Positions 57,334 through 64,000 of a stretch of DNA of 64,000 bases are shown piece after piece. The notes under the pieces were generated by a model. It was not told where the DNA came from. It did no database searches and saw only the letters and a list, made by a program, of their open reading frames with translations. The position numbers and the translations under genes were made by a program. The stretch's first letter is position 1. Each line of letters begins with the position of its first letter. Source of the DNA: Eledone cirrhosa (Eukaryota); NCBI GenBank assembly GCA_964016885.1, contig OZ024742.1, positions 68,324,001-68,388,000 on the forward strand, written 5' to 3'.

Positions 57334-59712
57334 TGATATTATTTCTTGTATATTCGTTATACTTTTGTAGACCGTGTTTCTTTATTGTTCGCTACTTAAA
57401 CACTTTGATTACCGTCTGGAGGTTTTAAGACATGTAGTGTGCAAATGAATTATAGACCCAGTCATAGTTTTATGTTATTTTATGGTTGATTAAGCACATA
57501 CATTTTATATTTTATTGTCATAATGGAATGATTTTTCTATGCATAAAATTATTTCTTTGAATACCCATGTATGTGTGTGTATGTATATAAGTATGTATAT
57601 AGATTTATAGATAGCATATAGCATACGTGATTTAGGGTATCTGATCATGGGTCAATTTCAGTTATTTGACAATTACTACACTACAATTCCTAATCTCACA
57701 CACCTGACGAAACAAAAATGGTGTGCAGTGCCTAGGTTTCTCCGACACAGCATCAACCGAAATTTCAAGAATTAATACGATGGTTTTGACCAAATATTGT
57801 GATATAAGACGATGACACTCCGTTTAAAAGAATGTTTGATAAAAAAAAAAAGATAAACAAATAAAATAAAACACAAAAGCAATTTCATCACACTCACAAC
57901 CACACACACACACGCACACACACACCAAAAAAGGGAAACGAGACAAAAACTGAGCAAACGAAAACAAGATAACTCAAAGCTGCCAACGTCTTTTCTGTAG
58001 ACTTTTACGCCCAACTTTGAAGCTTGATCTAGATCCAGAGTAGGCGTTAGAAAGGAAGAAACTGCGACACTTCTTGCATCAAATATACATGTCGTGCGAC
58101 GGAAACCCTGCTTCACTGGCACTGTCCCTGCTATATACCACTCTCCCCTTCACTTGATGCCACATAAAGATTCAGGTATTCTACAAATTAGTGACATGAC
58201 CCAACTCAATCCCGATGAGGTATTAATAATGATATCTCGCTTCTGGCACTTACAGAAAGTGATCATCGGTGTCTCGAAAGCTGCTCACACTCTCACGGCT
58301 GAAGTGCGAGCGAGCGTCGACCATCAACCAAACATTTAACACGATCAGTCCGCAAGACTGGAACCACCTATTTTGTTTTGCGACTGTGGCACTCGTGATC
58401 CTTATGGCTAAGGAGAATTCAGTACCCTCCCTTTCATCGCTGCTCAGAGGCGTGAGAGATGGGGAGAGCGGAGGAGAAGGAGGCAGTGAAAGTGGGAGTT
58501 TGTTTCCTTCGTGTTAGAATCTGGTGCATATGTACATAGGTAATTGGTTCATGCAATAACTACAGAATAACTGATTATTAGTTTTACTCGTTCAGGGCTG
58601 ACTTGAGTCTAAAACAATAACAAATAATGTCATGCGTTGGATAAAACGCGAAAATCACAATTTCCTATGTTTTCCTCTTTTAAAGATTTACCCTCACATT
58701 AAACAAGAGTGTTATCCCCACCCACCCAATCTGTCACACGTGGTGTTTATGTTGCGGGGGTTTTCTATGTTGTTTTGGAGGTTGTTTCTGTGGGAGATAT
58801 TTTTCTAGTTGCCTATGTTGTGGTGGTTGATTATGTTTCTTCTGTAGTAGCTGGTTGTGTTTGGTTTGTGTTGAGTGAGATTATGTCTGTGGCCTAGGTG
58901 TGTTGGGATTGATGATATGACTGTTTCTGTACGGGTTCTTGCTTTGTTTAATTTCTTTATAAAGGGGTTACCTAGGTGATGTATTTTTTTTAATCCTCTT
59001 CATATTTGAGGAACCAGTTTTCAGATTTTTCCCATCGTTGTAGTGATATCAGTTCTGCATTCTCGCATTCCTATTTCCAGGATATAATTAAATGTTGTAG
59101 GATTGGTCCCTCAGCCTTTTTCCTCCATTTGTTGGTCAATATCCTGGTAATTTTTCTTCATTGGGAGTGACCCTTAATTTTAAGAGTTCTAGTTTCATAT
59201 TCATTTTGTTAAGTGGCATTTGTTCTTGTGGTTTCCTTTATTGTTCAGGCTCATTAATTATGGGTTTTATTTGGAATTTTCGGGGTAAGATTAGTGGTGT
59301 GGAGTTTATCTATTTTTCATAAATTCCAGCTTTGCTCACATTTTTCACCATATTCCAAAATGTGAATTTTCTTTTTTCTAATTGTTTGGGGATTTTTGTT
59401 TTTTTTCCGATTTTGCTTTTAATGTGACGTGGGGTTTCTTGCTGTTTTGCCGTTTATTAGTTTTTCCATGGAATTGCATAAGCGTTGAACTGAGGGTGAA
59501 CTGGTTATTTGTTGTTCATTGTTATTGTCCTGTGGTTTTGTAGTTTATCAAGTTTTTCTGTAAGAATTATGAGTTTTCCGTTTATATCTTGTAATTTAGG
59601 ATTTCCTCATTTATATTTGTAATTGTGTTGTCAGGTTTCAGTGCCATTTTCCAGATTTGTATAGTTTATAATAGTTGTAAAGGTGATAAAATTCTATACA
59701 AATCAATAAACA

Positions 59713-59751
<39 letters not shown>

Positions 59752-59753
<2 letters not shown>

Positions 59754-59880
59754 AACCAGTAAGACCCCGACGGCTGAGCTCAAGCCGTTTCGACGGCTAA
59801 TTCTGGACTAAATGAAAATTTATCCTGGTATTTAAATAGCCGATCTTCTCAAGGGGTAATTCCATATATGGTCAAAGTGA
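59752..59880 (-). mobile_element. Longest family A copy, containing the complete ribozyme
   Basis: Arm as in 23881 but continuing past the usual truncation point; upstream boundary uncertain. Confidence 0.8.
59764..59857 (-). ncRNA. Complete type I hammerhead with U3/A8 core (family A)
   Basis: Minus: acccc-TTGAGAA-ga(t)cggcta...tagccgtc-GAAA-cggc-ttgagctca-gccg-TC-ggggt. Confidence 0.8.
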
Positions 59881-60114
59881 TTGTCCTGTGATTGCAAATT
59901 AGTAGGGGAGATGGTGGCTAAACCTACCAGTAGGAGAAAGAGGGGAGGGGTGGAGTAGATTCAATCAAGCGTTGGTAGTGCCAGCTACAGCTGGGCATGA
60001 GGTCAAAGAAGATACTGGGGAGGGGGAGGGGGGAGTCGGAACGGTAGGTAGAACAATGGGGGGTAAAGATATATATGAAAGATTTAATGAGCTCAAGGAA
60101 TAGATTCCGGGCTC

Positions 60115-60651
<537 letters not shown>

Positions 60652-60928
60652 GTGCGTGTGTGCGTGTGTGCGTGTGTGCGTGTGTGTGTGTATGTAATCA
60701 AAAACAGTGATAATATATTTTAATTCAAGTAATAACTGGTATTTTACTATGTCTTATAGTAATAAGACTTTATTAAAATAATATTATGCACACAGCCGAA
60801 AATATTTATACGCACAAATATGTGTGTATGCTTGTGTGTACTTAGATACATATATATATTTATGCCTATATGTGTATTTTTATTCTATATTTATATACAT
60901 ATAAATACACTATCAAGTGTCTACGTAT

Positions 60929-60981
<53 letters not shown>

Positions 60982-61158
60982 AATTAAACCAGTATTAAAC
61001 TAGTAGTCTGGAATAAGGTGTCGATATTGCAAAAGCTCTGCTGTCGGGCCCTGGCTCTTTCTAATATATATGTGTGTGTGTATGTATATATATACATATA
61101 TAAATATATGAACATTATATATATATATATATATATATATTTATACATATATATATAC

Positions 61159-61304
<146 letters not shown>

Positions 61305-62380
61305 GTATATTTGTATATCTACTTATGTTTATTACATATTTTTTTATTTTCTTCCCCTTATTATTTGTTCCTTTCTCAAAGACGTTGTATGATCTCCAAG
61401 TTTCGATTGATATGCTTTGGAGCGTACAAGACTTGGCTGAAAATTAGCTTCAAAGGGGGACAATTCATCAATAAAGTAATCCGCTTGAGGGCACTTCGAT
61501 CCCATCAATACATTCCCTCGTGATTTGCCGAAAATACTAATCAATGTTTTATGAGAAAATATCACGACGAGAAAATATCTTTCGTTTGGAGAAGCCTGCA
61601 TGTATTTATAAATATACATAAGTGTATGTGTTGCAGATACGTATGTATATAGAGATATATTCGTGATAGAAGGGTGTGTATATGTAAATTGTTATGTGTT
61701 TGTGTGCATACAGATACACACGCAAATAGATAAATATACATATGTATATGCACGTGTGTATTTGTGTGTGTGTATGTGTTTATGTGTGTGTATAATTTGT
61801 TTCATTTCCCTTTTTATAGGTTTCAGTAGGAGTAATAAACCAACTATCAAAGACTGGAAGGAAATGAATGACGTCACATAAGCCAATGAGGAATATCTAA
61901 ACTGCACAGCCATTGCTAGTTCGATCATAACCAGATCTAGCTTCATATGTGTAGAATATTTCTCGGTTGATGAAGCATTTTCACATATTCATACATATAT
62001 ATATCTATACGTATGAGTATGTATGAGTGTTTCATGGTAGATATAGAGATATATAGTTGAACAGCTATAGACATATACCGAGAGATAGATACAGTGGGTC
62101 TATATATCGATAAATATGTAGATATATAGGCTGAGAGATAAGTAGAGAGATATAAACGTAATTCAGTGAGCCATATTTGAAATATTCTGTAATCTGGTAT
62201 GATTCTATAAATGAAGCATATTGACGTATGCCTGTCGATTTAATCGACAATATACTTCCCAAAATTTAATTTTTAAAAAAAGGGATTCTTCGAAATCTAA
62301 TATTAGGAGTTCTCTATTAGCTACATATAAATTGTTGTTATGTCACTTGTGGAGACGTCAGCGCGACATATAATGATTTC

Positions 62381-62590
62381 TACTTTAGGCACAAGGCACA
62401 GCAATTTTTTGGTGGAGGGGAAGTAGATTAAATCGATCCCAGTGCATTACTGGTGCTTTATTTTATCGACGCCGTAAGGATAAAAGACATAGCTAACCTC
62501 GGCGGGATTTGAACTCAGATCGTAAAGGGGCGTAACTCTATGCTGCAAAGCATGGTGTCCGACGCTCTACCGATACTACCAATCCACTCT
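62381..62590 (-). mobile_element. SINE S1 copy (minus), plus a 3' fragment at 62669-62717 (+)
   Basis: Reverse complement of the S1 A-box, B-box and core. Confidence 0.88.
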
Positions 62591-62759
62591 GGGCATTTGC
62601 TCTTTTGGTGAGTAGGTTCTATGATTCGTCAACGGCATGGTGGTTCTATACAATTTACACTTTGCATTAATGTACTGGGTAATTGCTGGCCTTGTGCCAA
62701 TAGTAGAAACAATTATTTTCGCGTTATGGATTTTAATGGCACCAGACAATTTATTCATC

Positions 62760-63036
62760 TAGCTATAGCTCACATTGATGTTATGTTATGGAACACCTGA
62801 CGGAATATTTACCAACAGTATAGACCCAAGGCATGTCTAACTTAATAGCACCACCAGGCGAAGTCTTTCAAATTATAATTTGAACACCACAACCCACTCA
62901 AGCACAGAGTTTTTGTTTTCGGAGATATATCCAAATGTAGGTTTATCTTGGAGGAATTTGTCCAAAGACTTTATGAATTTTATGGGGTCTGTTTCTGTTT
63001 TAATGTTTTGGTGTAATGTTAAAGAGAGCAGGGCCA
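62760..63036 (-). mobile_element. CR1/L2-like LINE extreme 3' fragment
   Basis: [10 protein letters not shown] / [37 protein letters not shown]. Confidence 0.6.
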
Positions 63037-63052
63037 ATTGTGTGCGTGTGTG

Positions 63053-63168
<116 letters not shown>

Positions 63169-63178
63169 CATATATATA

Positions 63179-64000
63179 TTGGGTTGGCAAGAAAGTAATT
63201 TCGTTTTTACGATTTTTTTAATTACTTTTGTCAATGTTATGATTTTTTTCCTTTTAACATTTGATAGCCGTTACTTTTAGCTAACTTTAGAAGCAAATTG
63301 TGCGTAATTTTGTTTGCAGCTGTTAGTCCAGTTTCAATTTTAACATGGAGTGCAAAAATAAACATTTTCGCTATATTTTGCTTTTTTATTTCCGTAAAGG
63401 CAAGAAAGCTGCTGAGGTTCACAAAGAGATATGTGAAGTTTATGGTGTTGGCTGCTTAACAGAACGCATTTGTCAGAAATGGTTTTTAAAATTCCGTTCT
63501 GCAGAGTTTTCACTCAAAGATGACCAACGCTCTGGTCGACCTTCTGAATTTGATGATGACAGAATCAAAACCATAATTGAATCTGATTGTCATATAAGTG
63601 TGCGAGAGATTGCAGAGGTTAAATGTATCATACGCAACAATTGAAAATCACTTAAAATGTCTCGGACTCGTTAAGAAGTTCGATATTTGTGTTCCACATA
63701 AATTGAAAGAGATTCACTTAACACAACGAATCAATATTTGCGATATGCATCTCAAACGAAATGAAATCGACCTTTTTTTAACGAATCATCACTGGTGATG
63801 AAAAAATGGATTGTCTACAATAAAATCAATCGAAAAGGTCATGGTCGAAGCGTAATGAACCAGCACAAACCACATGGAAAGCTGAATTGCATCAAAAACA
63901 GGCTATGCTGTCAATTTGATGGGATTACAAAGGTGTTGTGTATTTTGAGCTGCTTTCAAGGAACTAAATGATTAGTTCAGATGTTTACTGTCAACAATTA
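63179..64000 (+). mobile_element. Mariner transposon left end with disrupted transposase, runs off window
   Basis: TIR-like ttgggttggcaagaaagtaatttcg after TA; ORF from 63345 with HTH region (AHKEICEVYG-like, KWFLKFRS, RSGRP), CVPHKL, ITGDEKWIVY; frameshifts and stops. Confidence 0.93.

Noticed and set aside
57700-57775. CTGACGA...GAAA hammerhead-like core (also about 26760, 39355 and 5297)
   Set aside because: Stem I or II cannot be formed, or the core is incomplete.
58680-59700. Strand-skewed region resembling a decayed LINE ORF1
   Set aside because: No diagnostic motif and many stops.

Overview
AT-rich, microsatellite-dense eukaryotic non-genic DNA. The SINE, LINE and microsatellite make-up resembles octopus/coleoid cephalopod genomes, but that is an inference. 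No intact host gene could be supported, and most long ORFs in the track are microsatellite artefacts. Contents: (1) a near full-length, frameshifted L1/Tx1-clade LINE (7837-13218, minus), two 5'-truncated relatives and a related 5'UTR, all abutting (GATA)n arrays in one orientation; (2) three Penelope-like element (PLE) coding fragments; (3) many short non-coding inserts in (TA)n arrays with PLE-type architecture (inverted arm + tail, or partial tandem repeat), carrying type I hammerhead ribozyme (HHR) folds, two families of which have a non-canonical U3/A8 core; (4) tRNA-derived SINEs, RTE, CR1-like and REL-endonuclease LINE fragments and two mariner remnants. The most interesting signal is an apparent partition of microsatellite targets: ribozyme-bearing mini-PLE/retrozyme-like elements in (TA)n, Tx1 LINEs in (GATA)n. 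All RNA folds were read by eye and none was computed.
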